Shown here: positions 6,346 through 14,979 of the stretch, piece by piece
Layout: each line of letters starts with the position of its first letter
How positions within the stretch are numbered: the stretch's first letter is position 1
Assembly: GCA_963716945.1 (NCBI GenBank)
Contig: OY970322.1
Span: 540,001-572,000 of the forward strand
DNA: 32,000 nucleotides
DNA from: Candidatus Saccharimonadota bacterium
Lineage (GTDB): Bacteria > Patescibacteriota > Saccharimonadia > Saccharimonadales > UBA4665
Direction: 5' to 3'
Made by a program: the position numbers and the translations under genes
Notes under the pieces: generated by a model
What the model was told of the DNA's origin: nothing
What the model saw: the letters and a program-made list of their open reading frames with translations, nothing else
Database searches by the model: none

Positions 6346-7428
6346 TTAAAGCGAAGTCGCCAGGTCGACCAGTTGGCGGTCGTTGAGCGAGCCGTTGGAC
6401 TGGATGACATACCAAATGCCGCCGTTGACCCACGTAGCATCATTATCGCCGTAAATGTAAATCGTCAGTCCGCCGGCCGTAACGGTTTGATATTGCGCGT
6501 AAGACGGCTTGATGAAATTGTTCAGCAGCGACGAACTGTCCCAAGGCGAACTCTTTTGCGTAATCGTATAGGTGTCGCTATTGCTGTTGCTATGAAACTC
6601 TACATCGGCCGCGCCCTGGCTGTAGTTAAGCTGTCCGAGGCCGTAACCGGCCGGATGGTAACCGGGCAGGCTGACATTGAAACCGGCTTTCGAGGAAGCC
6701 ATCTGCAAACGAACGTTATCCAGGTTCTGGGTCACGATAACTCCTAGCAATACCACTGATAAAGCTATGGCGGCACCGATGCCGGTGTTGCGTTTCAGGC
6801 GGTCGTGGCGACGGTATTTCTGCGGCCTTACCGGCGGTTCCAGGTGGCTGGAGGCCTGGTCGACTGCCCGTTGGAGCAGGTCGGCGGTAGTCTTGGGCTG
6901 TTTGGCGGGGAGCGGACTGGCGGCTACGGGCCTTGCCGGCTGCGGCGCTTGGCCGGAGGGCATGGCTGGCGTGACCACGCGGCCGGCGGTGCTGCCGGAA
7001 TCCGACGTGATTGCCGGGAAACGGCTGATTAGCTGGCTTTTGGGTATCTGTTTGGCGTGGCGCAAGCGCTGTTCGTCGAGGCTTAGGGCCGAAGGCTTGA
7101 CGATAACTTCGCCAAGTCGCCGCGACGCCAAGGCATCGGTGTCGCCTTGGGCCTTGTGGCGGCGTTTAAGGCTGGCGCCGGGTTTGCTGACGGCTTTGCG
7201 CATCAGGGTCCGGGACGGTGCCGGAGACCGTGAAGCTATCGGCTTGGCCGCCTGTCTGGTGCTGACCCGTGCGGCCGTTTTTGGGATAGGCGGAGCCGGC
7301 GGGGTGCGGCGAACCACCGGTTGCGGACGGGGCCGAGCCGGCTTAACCGAGTCCATATTCAACAGGGCGCCCGTCTTGGCGTCATAACGTTTACCGTTGA
7401 TTTCTATAGTGTTGTTGTTTTTGCGCAT
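6346..7428 (-). CDS. Hypothetical single-pass membrane protein with a basic Pro/Ala-rich N-terminal half and a ~120-aa extracytoplasmic beta-rich C-terminal domain
   Basis: A TM segment (IGAAIALSVVLLGVIVT) splits a low-complexity region from a compact domain. No confident family assignment. Confidence 0.65.
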   Translation of the reverse strand: MRKNNNTIEINGKRYDAKTGALLNMDSVKPARPRPQPVVRRTPPAPPIPKTAARVSTRQAAKPIASRSPAPSRTLMRKAVSKPGASLKRRHKAQGDTDALASRRLGEVIVKPSALSLDEQRLRHAKQIPKSQLISRFPAITSDSGSTAGRVVTPAMPSGQAPQPARPVAASPLPAKQPKTTADLLQRAVDQASSHLEPPVRPQKYRRHDRLKRNTGIGAAIALSVVLLGVIVTQNLDNVRLQMASSKAGFNVSLPGYHPAGYGLGQLNYSQGAADVEFHSNSNSDTYTITQKSSPWDSSSLLNNFIKPSYAQYQTVTAGGLTIYIYGDNDATWVNGGIWYVIQSNGSLNDRQLVDLATSL

Positions 7429-7477
7429 GTATTGCTTGGCACATGAGTTTTAATCGATGATTACATCTTAAACCCTC

Positions 7478-7506
7478 TTGTGATTCGAGGCAAGTCAATC
7501 CATACT
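7478..7506 (+). promoter_or_regulatory. Candidate promoter TTGTGA-17-CATACT, 15 nt upstream of the ATG at 7522
   Basis: Read directly from the sequence. It lies in the divergent region shared with the 6346..7428 gene. Confidence 0.3.
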
Positions 7507-7521
7507 AGTCTGTGCCGCCCT

Positions 7522-8997
7522 ATGGACTATCTTGATCCCAGAAAACAAATTGAGCACCGTATTATCCTGCTAACCGGCTATGTGCTGGTGGCTATCGCCA
7601 TAGCTATCGCTACGCTTATCCTGCTCTACCAGGCTTATGGGTTCGGTATTGGCAAGAACGGTACGGTCATCCAGAACGGGCTGACATTTTTTTCTAGCCA
7701 GCCGAACCCGGCCAATATCTATGTCAATAACCAGCTCGAATCGGCCACGACCAATACCCGCCTGGTACTGCCGGCCGGTATTTACCATGTCAAACTGACG
7801 CGTGCCGGCTACCGTGACTGGCAGCGTACTATCGAGCTGGACGGCGGCAGTGTCGAACATTTTGACTATCCTCTCCTCTTCCCGTCTACGCTGACACCTA
7901 AAAAGATCCAGACATACGCGGCCGCGCCGGGCCTGGTGACCCAAAGCCCGGACCAGCGCTGGCTGCTTGTCGAAGCGCCGAATTCGATGACCAATTTTGA
8001 TGTCTATGACCTTAAAAACCCGACTAAAGCGCCGGCCAGCATCAGTCTCCCCGCCAACTTATTGTCCAAGCCTACCGGCAGCGAAAGCTGGCAGCTGGGC
8101 GAGTGGGCCGATGATAACCAGCACGTCGTCTTGCAGCATATCTACGACGGTAAAACCGAATTCATATTGCTGGACCGGACGGACCCGAGCCAGTCGCTCA
8201 ACCTTAATAACAGTCTGGCCGCCAGCCCGACCAAGCTGACTTTGAAGAACAAGAAGTACGACCAGTACTACCTCTATGACAGCTCAAACGGCGAGCTGCA
8301 AACCGCTTCGCTTAAGGCCCCCGCGCCGGCTCCGTTTTTGGAACACGTGCAAGCCTACCAGTCTTATGGTGACGATACCATGCTTTATGTGACTGCCGAC
8401 GGCGCGTCCAGCGGCAAGGTCCTGGTCAAACTGCGTGCCGGCAGCACGACATCGACAATCCGCAGCCTGCCGGCCGGTACGACTTACCTGGTTGACCTGA
8501 CTAAGTATAACGGCGTGATGTACGTCGCCGCCGGCGACACGGCCGGGAGCAAAGTCTATATCTTTCAAGATCCGGCGGCCCAGCTGGCCGCCCTGCCCGG
8601 ACATGCCCCGGTGCCAGCACAGGTTTTACACGTTCCGCAGCCAACTTATCTGAGCTTTTCGCCCAATACGCAGTTCATAGTTGCCAGCAACGGCAACTAT
8701 TTCGGTGTTTATGACATCGAGAATGACAACGGCTACAACTATACTACCACTGAGAAGATGGACTCGCCACAGCTGCATGCCACTTGGATGGACGGCGACC
8801 GCCTAACCTATGTCAGCGGCGGCAAGCTGGTTGTTTTTGACTATGACAACACCAACCACCAGACGCTGATGGCGGCCGATAGCCGCTACCTGCCGGCCTT
8901 CGCTCCCGACTACAAAGATGTTTATACCTTGACACCGGGCCCGTCGGCGCAGTCATACCTCACCCAGACCTCATTGTTGACTGCCGCCGACCGTTAG
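7522..8997 (+). CDS. PEGA-domain protein with an N-terminal TM anchor and a C-terminal beta-propeller-like region
   Basis: PEGA-like block: IYVNNQLESATTNTRLVLPAGIYHVKLTRAGYRDWQRTIEL. A TM segment (LLTGYVLVAIAIAIATLILLY) is present. The track ORF starts at the GTG at 7480, but that codon lies inside the candidate -35, so the ATG at 7522 is preferred. Confidence 0.7.
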   Translation: MDYLDPRKQIEHRIILLTGYVLVAIAIAIATLILLYQAYGFGIGKNGTVIQNGLTFFSSQPNPANIYVNNQLESATTNTRLVLPAGIYHVKLTRAGYRDWQRTIELDGGSVEHFDYPLLFPSTLTPKKIQTYAAAPGLVTQSPDQRWLLVEAPNSMTNFDVYDLKNPTKAPASISLPANLLSKPTGSESWQLGEWADDNQHVVLQHIYDGKTEFILLDRTDPSQSLNLNNSLAASPTKLTLKNKKYDQYYLYDSSNGELQTASLKAPAPAPFLEHVQAYQSYGDDTMLYVTADGASSGKVLVKLRAGSTTSTIRSLPAGTTYLVDLTKYNGVMYVAAGDTAGSKVYIFQDPAAQLAALPGHAPVPAQVLHVPQPTYLSFSPNTQFIVASNGNYFGVYDIENDNGYNYTTTEKMDSPQLHATWMDGDRLTYVSGGKLVVFDYDNTNHQTLMAADSRYLPAFAPDYKDVYTLTPGPSAQSYLTQTSLLTAADR

Positions 8998-9001
8998 CCG
9001 G

Positions 9002-10294
9002 TCAGCTCAGGATTTCGTCAATTTGTTTGGTCGCCCAACGGATAGCCAGAAGGCCGCCTAGCCCTAGGACCAGCACCGTGATGATCTTGCCGGCGACGGT
9101 GCCGATGAAGCGTGTCCAAAGCGTCGGCCCGTTGCCGGGCAGCGAGACGGGCTGGGCCGGCGTCGACGAGGTGACCGCGGCGGCGGTATTGGCGGACGGG
9201 TCGGGACTGATTTGCTGGCCGACTACGACCAACCGGTGCAAGCTGGTACCGGGCGGGTCGCAGGTAATCAGCGTCGCCGTGGCCGTCTGGCCGGCCACGG
9301 AGTTCAAAACGCTGACGTCGTTAGGTTCGACGATACTGCGCGAGATAACCTTATAGACGTACATTTTGCCGTTGTATGACAAGTAAAAAGTATCGCCCTG
9401 CACCAAAGTATGGAGCAAGACGAAGGCGAACTTGTACTTGCCCTTATTGAAGATGTTGTTGCTGCTGTGGCCGAAAAAGGCGGCGTTGCCGGTCTGTCCC
9501 GGGAGCACGGTTGTCGGATAGTGGACGACACCGTTTTCCAGGTCATTCTCAATCGTATTTTCATTGGTTGAAGTCTCGCTGTAATCTACCGGTATCTCGA
9601 CGTTGATTTTTGGAATTATGACTTCGGGAGTGGCGGTTTGGGCGGTGCTGTCGCTGGCGATGATCAGCGGTGTCGAACTGCTGGCCCGGCTAGGCTGGAT
9701 AAACGGCGCGATCACGACTTCATTGAAGAAACCGAACAGAAAAATCAGCAATACGACGGCCCCCATGCCAAGCCCGAACAGCAACGATTGCAAGTGGTGT
9801 TTGGCCTGCAGCTGGCCGCCGGCGGTGACTTTGTCCCTAATGGCCGACTGAACCTGGCCGGCACTACGGGCGTCCCGCAGCTTGCGCGGCTTGGCGGCTT
9901 GCTGCTTGTGCTTAGCCAGGGTCTGGGCCGCGGCTCCGTCGTCGGCCGGAGCCCGCGTGGTCAGCAGCGGCTGGCTGGCGTAGAATTCCTGCCAGACCCG
10001 GTGTTTTTCTGCGGCCGGCAGAGACTGGTAATAATCATGCCATTCGGTCTGAATGGCCGCCAGGTCTTTGCCGGACGTACCCAGCCGGTACATGAACTGC
10101 TGGTGGTCGCTACGGTGGTCGGCGGCTTCGGCCTCTGTCAGCTGCTGCTCGGCATCAGGCTCTTCGGCGTAAAGCCGGGCCACTTTCTGGCGTATCAAAT
10201 CGGCCGCGGCCTGGGCGTCAGCGGCTCCGTACGGCTTGGCGCTAGCCTCGGCCGCGTCGTCATCAGTCGGTGTTTGAGAAGAATTTGTAGCCAT
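9002..10294 (-). CDS. Sortase-family transpeptidase with a long acidic N-terminal extension and TM segments on both sides of the catalytic domain
   Basis: Catalytic His (FFGHSSNN), the TLITC active-site Cys motif, and a downstream Arg (LHRLVVVG). Confidence 0.8.
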   Translation of the reverse strand: MATNSSQTPTDDDAAEASAKPYGAADAQAAADLIRQKVARLYAEEPDAEQQLTEAEAADHRSDHQQFMYRLGTSGKDLAAIQTEWHDYYQSLPAAEKHRVWQEFYASQPLLTTRAPADDGAAAQTLAKHKQQAAKPRKLRDARSAGQVQSAIRDKVTAGGQLQAKHHLQSLLFGLGMGAVVLLIFLFGFFNEVVIAPFIQPSRASSSTPLIIASDSTAQTATPEVIIPKINVEIPVDYSETSTNENTIENDLENGVVHYPTTVLPGQTGNAAFFGHSSNNIFNKGKYKFAFVLLHTLVQGDTFYLSYNGKMYVYKVISRSIVEPNDVSVLNSVAGQTATATLITCDPPGTSLHRLVVVGQQISPDPSANTAAAVTSSTPAQPVSLPGNGPTLWTRFIGTVAGKIITVLVLGLGGLLAIRWATKQIDEILS

Positions 10295-10374
10295 AACTAA
10301 ACAAAAGCTAATCTAGCTCTGCCAGCCTAATTATAGTACAATTATCCCCTGTAACCTACCTGATAGCCGACTGC

Positions 10375-10459
10375 GGGCGAGTGGCGGAACTGGTATACGC
10401 GCACGACTCAAAATCGTGTTCCTCACGGATTGAGGGTTCGATTCCCTCCTCGCCCACCA
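10375..10459 (+). tRNA. tRNA-Leu (anticodon CAA), 85 nt with encoded CCA
   Basis: Acceptor stem GGGCGAG/CTCGCCC. Anticodon stem CACGA/TCGTG with loop CTCAAAA. A long variable arm is present. T-arm GAGGG-TTCGATT-CCCTC. Confidence 0.93.
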
Positions 10460-10490
10460 TCATCAGTAAGCATGCTTTATAAGCAGAAGT

Positions 10491-11162
10491 ATGATCAAGC
10501 TTGTCATATTCGATTGGGACGATGTCTTTACTCGGGGCTCCATAGAGGGTTACTACAAGTGCTACCATAAAGCCGTGGAGGGGGTCGGTATAAACCTTGA
10601 CCCTATGGAAGAGGAAAAGCGTATCAAAGCCAGATGGGGAGCCGGCCACGAGGAACAGCTCGAATATATCTTGCAAGAGCATCCTGAACTTGTACCCCGG
10701 GCGGTCGAAATCTATCAAGAAAATTTGTTTGGCAATACGTTCGTCGACTGCTTGACCATAGTGCCGGGCAGCCAGGCGTTTCTAGCCCGTTTGGCTAAAA
10801 AGTACCAGCTGGCAATTGCCACCGGGGCTCACCCTAGAATATTAAAAGAACGCCTGATACCGAAATTTAATATTCCGGACGTGTTCGCACGGATCATAAC
10901 TATCTATGACCTGGAAGATATAGCCCATGCCAAGCCCCACCCGGCCATCGTTAATAAGGTTATGGGGGAGCTTGGCGTGACTCCGTCAGAAACTGTATTG
11001 GTCGGTGACGCCGCCAGTGATATGCAATTGGCCTGGAATGCCGGCGTACAGCCAATAGCGGTCTTGACCGGACACCTCACCAGGCGTCAAGCGGAAGAAC
11101 TTGGCGTGCGGCACATTATTGATAACGTCACCTTGCTGGAAGCGGAACTCGCCCGGCTTTAG
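10491..11162 (+). CDS. HAD-superfamily hydrolase (phosphoglycolate phosphatase/PGM-like subfamily)
   Basis: Motif I-like VIFDWDDVF, motif III/IV LVGDAASDMQLAWNAG, and size and layout typical of HAD-IA enzymes. TATAAG (10478..10483) lies 7 nt upstream of the ATG. Confidence 0.75.
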   Translation: MIKLVIFDWDDVFTRGSIEGYYKCYHKAVEGVGINLDPMEEEKRIKARWGAGHEEQLEYILQEHPELVPRAVEIYQENLFGNTFVDCLTIVPGSQAFLARLAKKYQLAIATGAHPRILKERLIPKFNIPDVFARIITIYDLEDIAHAKPHPAIVNKVMGELGVTPSETVLVGDAASDMQLAWNAGVQPIAVLTGHLTRRQAEELGVRHIIDNVTLLEAELARL

Positions 11163-11965
11163 ACCGAAAAAGCAGCAGAGACGCTTGTAGTCAGAGCTTC
11201 GAAAGTTTTAGCGGGATTTTGGAGCCACCAGACGGCGGCATGGGCGGCGGTTTTGACTCGCCAGATATCGGCGTCTTCGGCCAGCTTGGTCGTACTGACG
11301 CGCCCGTCGGTTGCGACGAAGATGGTTTCCAAGTGCTTCACGACAATAGCCGGGCGGTGTTCCAGAGTGAAATCGTGCAGCGCGTCAACCAGCCGCAAGA
11401 AGTCCATTTCAAAAGTCAGGGCTTGCGGGAAGCGGGCCTTAACGGCCAGTTTCTGAAGCTGGGCGAAACTGATGACGAGCAAGCTCTTGTGCCGACCCAA
11501 CAATGGTTCGGGCGTTTTTATGAAATAGTCGGCGGCGTCTTTGGTGACGGTCAGCAGCCCGGCGTATTTGTCGGCAAACCTCTCCAGCAGGATGGCGGTT
11601 TCGGAATTGCGGCCCAGGTCGCCGGCCAACAGCACGGCGTCGGCCCAGGCGCCCATATTTAGCAGTTCCGTCAAAGCCTTTTGCGAGAAGCTGCCGCTGG
11701 GCGTGCTGGGTGCGTACTCGCCGGCTTCAAAAACCCGGCCGACCGTCTTCTGCAAGCTGTCTGGCAGCAGCACTCTGGCGGTACCGATACCGGCTTTCAC
11801 AGCCTCGGCGTAAGCGTCACCGGCAGCCGCGAAGCCATGGGCGTTGCCGCCGACGACCAGCAGCTTGCCGGCCTGGTTCTTGTTCTCCGGCCGGCTCCAC
11901 AGCAGGTCCGGATACAGCGGCTGCCCTGCCGTTTGCCTAACCCAGTAATCTCGCATAATGCTCAA
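11159..11965 (-). CDS. YjeF C-terminal / NAD(P)H-hydrate dehydratase-like (ribokinase-fold) protein, possibly degenerate
   Basis: GKLLVVGGNAHGFAAAGDAYAEAVKAGIGTARVLLPD resembles the G.VL.IGGS..Y.GA..LA..AA.R.GAG.V block. I could not find the C-terminal GSGD-type motif. The track start is TTG at 11965; the ATG at 11956 is an alternative. Confidence 0.4.
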   Translation of the reverse strand: MSIMRDYWVRQTAGQPLYPDLLWSRPENKNQAGKLLVVGGNAHGFAAAGDAYAEAVKAGIGTARVLLPDSLQKTVGRVFEAGEYAPSTPSGSFSQKALTELLNMGAWADAVLLAGDLGRNSETAILLERFADKYAGLLTVTKDAADYFIKTPEPLLGRHKSLLVISFAQLQKLAVKARFPQALTFEMDFLRLVDALHDFTLEHRPAIVVKHLETIFVATDGRVSTTKLAEDADIWRVKTAAHAAVWWLQNPAKTFEALTTSVSAAFSV

Positions 11966-12524
11966 TTATAGCGGCGTAACGCCCGGGGTGTTCCCAGATA
12001 TCATCGTGCGCACCGGGTAGGCTGATGAATGACCAGTCGTAGGTGTCGAGATAGTTTTGGATTTTTTTGTCTTTGGGCCACGGGTCGTGGCGGTTGACGA
12101 TAAAAACTGCGGGACGCCCGGGGAAAATGCTCGGCGTGGCGGTTTTGGCCTGACGGACCATGTTGAGGTTACGACTGGGCTGGCGCATGAGGTAGAAGAT
12201 ATTTTTGGCCATAGTCTTTAGTCTTCGTGCCCGGCGGCTATGCTTGGCCATTAATGCTTTGGCGGCCAGCCAGGTTTGGCGCGGCTTTGATTGAGCCAAG
12301 GTCATGCCTATATAAATAATTAGCTTTGGCCGGGCGGTTTGGGGAACCAGCCAGCAGCCGCCCGAATGGGCGATGACAATGTCGGCTTGGTCGAGCCGTC
12401 CGGCTCTCTGCAAGCCCGCCCGACGTAGTTGACGCTCAAGTTGCCTGGCGTGCAACGGGCCGCCCCCCAAGCCGTAGCTAATAGCGTAGGTTAAGGCAGG
12501 CTTAGACGAGGCGGTACGTTCCAT
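11937..12524 (-). CDS. Small alpha/beta-fold serine hydrolase (YdeN/RBBP9-like size and motif)
   Basis: Nucleophile elbow AHSGG, C-terminal GAHDDIWEHP (candidate Asp/His), ~195 aa. Confidence 0.45.
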   Translation of the reverse strand: MERTASSKPALTYAISYGLGGGPLHARQLERQLRRAGLQRAGRLDQADIVIAHSGGCWLVPQTARPKLIIYIGMTLAQSKPRQTWLAAKALMAKHSRRARRLKTMAKNIFYLMRQPSRNLNMVRQAKTATPSIFPGRPAVFIVNRHDPWPKDKKIQNYLDTYDWSFISLPGAHDDIWEHPGRYAAIIEHYARLLG

Positions 12525-13212
12525 CTTCGGACTCCAGTTTATAGATCATATTTTTGCGCTCGACGACCACCGGCCAGCCTTGCCGGCGAGCATGGTCGAA
12601 AAGTTCGCGCGTGGGATTGAAGGCAATCGGCCGCTCGACGGTGGCCAGCATCGGAATGTCGCTTTCGCTGTCACCGACGCCTACGCTGCCTTCCAAGGAG
12701 GCACTATGCTTGGCGGCCAGTTCCCGCAGGTAGGCCGGCTTGCGCTCGCTGACCAGGATATTGCTCTTCCCGGTAAAATAGCCGTTTTTGGTTTCATAAG
12801 TCGAGCCGCCGAAGTCGTCGAAACCGTAGTAATCGGCTAGGAGACCGACGATCTCATGCTGGGATGCCGAGATGGCGAACAGCAGGTAATCTTTTGCCTT
12901 TAAATCTTTAATGAGGTCGCGCGTGTAGACATAGACCTGGTCTTTGTATTCGGCCAGAACGCTGCGGCAGGCTTGCTCCAGGTCGCCCACCGAAATACCC
13001 GTAATGGCCACATTGATAAGGTTAATCAGGGTTCGCTCATAGCTGGTGAACGAGTCGGTCCGTTTTTTCCAATTCATCCGGGCTTCACGAACTTTCTGAA
13101 ACTGGATCGGGTCCAGGTGCCCGCGCCGGGCCAGTTCATCGGCCAGGGCATGGTAGAGCTGCCAGCGGATGATGGTGCCGTCAATGTCAAAAACCGCGAA
13201 TGATTTAGCCAC
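12502..13212 (-). CDS. HAD-IB family hydrolase (SerB-like phosphatase fold)
   Basis: Motif I FDIDGTII, motif IV GVGDSESDIPML. The track ORF extends to the TTG at 13287, an 83-nt overlap with the upstream gene. The GTG at 13212 gives GTGGCTAA start/stop coupling and places the DxDGT motif 9 aa from the N-terminus. The GTG at 13257 and TTG at 13242 are other options. Confidence 0.75.
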   Translation of the reverse strand: MAKSFAVFDIDGTIIRWQLYHALADELARRGHLDPIQFQKVREARMNWKKRTDSFTSYERTLINLINVAITGISVGDLEQACRSVLAEYKDQVYVYTRDLIKDLKAKDYLLFAISASQHEIVGLLADYYGFDDFGGSTYETKNGYFTGKSNILVSERKPAYLRELAAKHSASLEGSVGVGDSESDIPMLATVERPIAFNPTRELFDHARRQGWPVVVERKNMIYKLESEDGTYRLV

Positions 13213-14131
13213 GCGCCAACCAGTCCGCCACCCGTTCGGCAAAAGTTTCTTCGGCACCGTGAAAACCGTGGTCCGTACCGGGCACAAGACTGAAATCGGT
13301 CCGTTTCAGCCCGGCGTTACTGGTATGTTTCATAAATATTTCCAATGCCTTGTCAGCCCCGCCGGCCGTAAAGGTATATTCGTCATTTTCACCGAATATG
13401 ACCAGGGTCGGCAGGTTAAGCTTTTGGTATTCGTCAAACAGCCGTTTTTTGCCCAGCCGCTCAGTCGTATATTCATAAAACGGGAAGGTGTTATAGGCGC
13501 CGTCGGGGTTCAATATGTCCCAAGCCGATTGGGCGCTGAAGGGGTACATGCCGGTGTAGACCGGCATGACGCGCAGCGGTTCGGTTTTAATGAAACGCGC
13601 CGCATATTGTAAAGCTTGCCAGAATTTCTTCTCCCCCAGTTCGACGAAAAATATACCGCTGTCGTCGCACGCTCCGGCCAGGACGTATTTGCTGAACGGG
13701 TTATGGGTTGCCCGAGCATGGTAGGCGCAAATTTTGTTAGCGCCGGTGCTGTGTCCTAACAGGTAAAACGTAGAAAAATCGGACTGTTTCAGGAAGGCCA
13801 CTGCCCCGTCGATATCCTTTACGCAATCAATGATTAATTCATAGTTCGTGCCGCCCTGATAGCTTCGTTCATTATCCGGCAAGCTATCATCGACAATCCG
13901 CAAGCTCTTGGAGTTATGAGCGCCGCGGTTGTTAAAAGCCAGCAACGCGATATTATTGTCGGTTAAGGCCCGGCCTAGAGCATTGACGCGGTCAGGACTA
14001 TAAAAGACGCCGTTGTCGCCCATGCCATGTAACCACACGGCAACTTTTTGGGTAGGCTTGGACGGCGTATACAAAAGACCCGGCAGCTTCAGCTGATCGG
14101 TGGAAACAAACGAGACTAGCTCAACCTTCAT
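13205..14131 (-). CDS. Alpha/beta hydrolase (DUF1749-like, GHSTG nucleophile motif)
   Basis: LLGHSTGANK nucleophile elbow, HGMGDN oxyanion-region motif, C-terminal GTDHGF (candidate His). Confidence 0.7.
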   Translation of the reverse strand: MKVELVSFVSTDQLKLPGLLYTPSKPTQKVAVWLHGMGDNGVFYSPDRVNALGRALTDNNIALLAFNNRGAHNSKSLRIVDDSLPDNERSYQGGTNYELIIDCVKDIDGAVAFLKQSDFSTFYLLGHSTGANKICAYHARATHNPFSKYVLAGACDDSGIFFVELGEKKFWQALQYAARFIKTEPLRVMPVYTGMYPFSAQSAWDILNPDGAYNTFPFYEYTTERLGKKRLFDEYQKLNLPTLVIFGENDEYTFTAGGADKALEIFMKHTSNAGLKRTDFSLVPGTDHGFHGAEETFAERVADWLARG

Positions 14132-14928
14132 ACATCTATTGTAACAGATACGGGACAGTGGTCTGAGCCCATGACGCCGGCGTGGATAGCGGCGGCTTTG
14201 ACCTTGGCTTTGAGGCTGGCACTAACCAAAAAATAATCTATGCGCCAGCCGACGTTGCGTTCCCGCGACTTGGCGAAATGGCTCCACCAGGTGTAGTAGC
14301 CGTTGCCCTGTTTGAACAATCGGAAAGTATCGATGAAGCCGGCGTCGATGAAGGCCTGGAAGCCGGCCCGCTCTTCGTCGGTGAAGCCTTTTTTGCCCCG
14401 GTTCGGCTTGGGATTGGCCAGGTCGTCTTCGGTATGGGCGACATTGAGGTCGCCGCAGAAAACTACCGGCTTGATCTGCTCCAGCTGCTTACAGTAAGCC
14501 AGGAAGGCCGGGTCCCAATGCTTGTGCCTGAGGGGAATCCGGCTGAGGTCGTCCTTGGCGTTGGGCGTGTAAACGGTGACGACCCAGAACTTGTCGAACT
14601 CGGCGGCGATTACCCTGCCCTCTAGATTGGGGTCGCCGTAGGTGTCGCCGCTGACTTTGTACTTGTTGATAATATCCTTGGGGAAGCCGTTCACGACTTG
14701 CAGGGGCGTGACTTTGCTCAGGATGGCCGTGCCGGAATATCCCGGCTTCTCGGCCGAATACCAGAGGGCGTCATAGCCGTCGAGCTCAAACTCTATTTGC
14801 TCGGGCTTGGCCTTAATCTCCTGCAAGCACAGAATGTCGGGCTGCTCTTGGTCGAGGAACGGCTGGAACAGGCCCTTTTTGGTAACCGCCCGGATGCCGT
14901 TCACGTTCCATGAATATAGCTTCAGCAT
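14128..14928 (-). CDS. xth: Exodeoxyribonuclease III (AP endonuclease)
   Basis: N-terminal SWNVNGIRA, LCLQEIK, GDLNVAH and SDHCPV are the full ExoIII/EEP motif set. Confidence 0.92.
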   Translation of the reverse strand: MLKLYSWNVNGIRAVTKKGLFQPFLDQEQPDILCLQEIKAKPEQIEFELDGYDALWYSAEKPGYSGTAILSKVTPLQVVNGFPKDIINKYKVSGDTYGDPNLEGRVIAAEFDKFWVVTVYTPNAKDDLSRIPLRHKHWDPAFLAYCKQLEQIKPVVFCGDLNVAHTEDDLANPKPNRGKKGFTDEERAGFQAFIDAGFIDTFRLFKQGNGYYTWWSHFAKSRERNVGWRIDYFLVSASLKAKVKAAAIHAGVMGSDHCPVSVTIDV

Positions 14929-14936
14929 TTGGCATA

Positions 14937-14942
14937 AGTATA
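14937..14942 (-). promoter_or_regulatory. -10 hexamer TATACT, 8 nt upstream of the xth ATG
   Basis: The minus strand reads caaagcTATACTtatgccaaATG. There is no SD. Confidence 0.35.
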
Positions 14943-14960
14943 GCTTTGGGCCGGGGAATT

Positions 14961-14969
14961 TGCTAGACT
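14961..14969 (+). promoter_or_regulatory. Extended -10 element TGCTAGACT, 10 nt upstream of the pyrH ATG
   Basis: The sequence reads aattTGCTAGACTtggtgcttagATG. There is no SD. Confidence 0.35.
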
Positions 14970-14979
14970 TGGTGCTTAG

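Noticed and set aside
6677-7387. 236-aa plus-strand ORF, and the 6259..6747 ORF, opposite the 6346..7428 gene
   Set aside because: These are shadow ORFs with Arg/Ala/Gly-rich nonsense-like sequence. They lie fully inside or antisense to better-supported genes (6346..7428 and gltX).
7480-7521. GTG start at 7480 for the PEGA protein
   Set aside because: The 14 extra residues (MIRGKSIHTSLCRP) precede a clean ATG. The GTG lies inside the candidate -35 (TTGTGA) of the only plausible promoter for this gene.
9638-10300. 220-aa plus-strand ORF opposite the sortase gene
   Set aside because: It is antisense to an ORF with clear sortase catalytic motifs, and its composition is typical of GC-rich shadow frames.
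10356-10718. 120-aa minus-strand ORF
   Set aside because: It overlaps the tRNA-Leu gene and runs antisense to the 5' part of the HAD hydrolase gene, so it is spurious.
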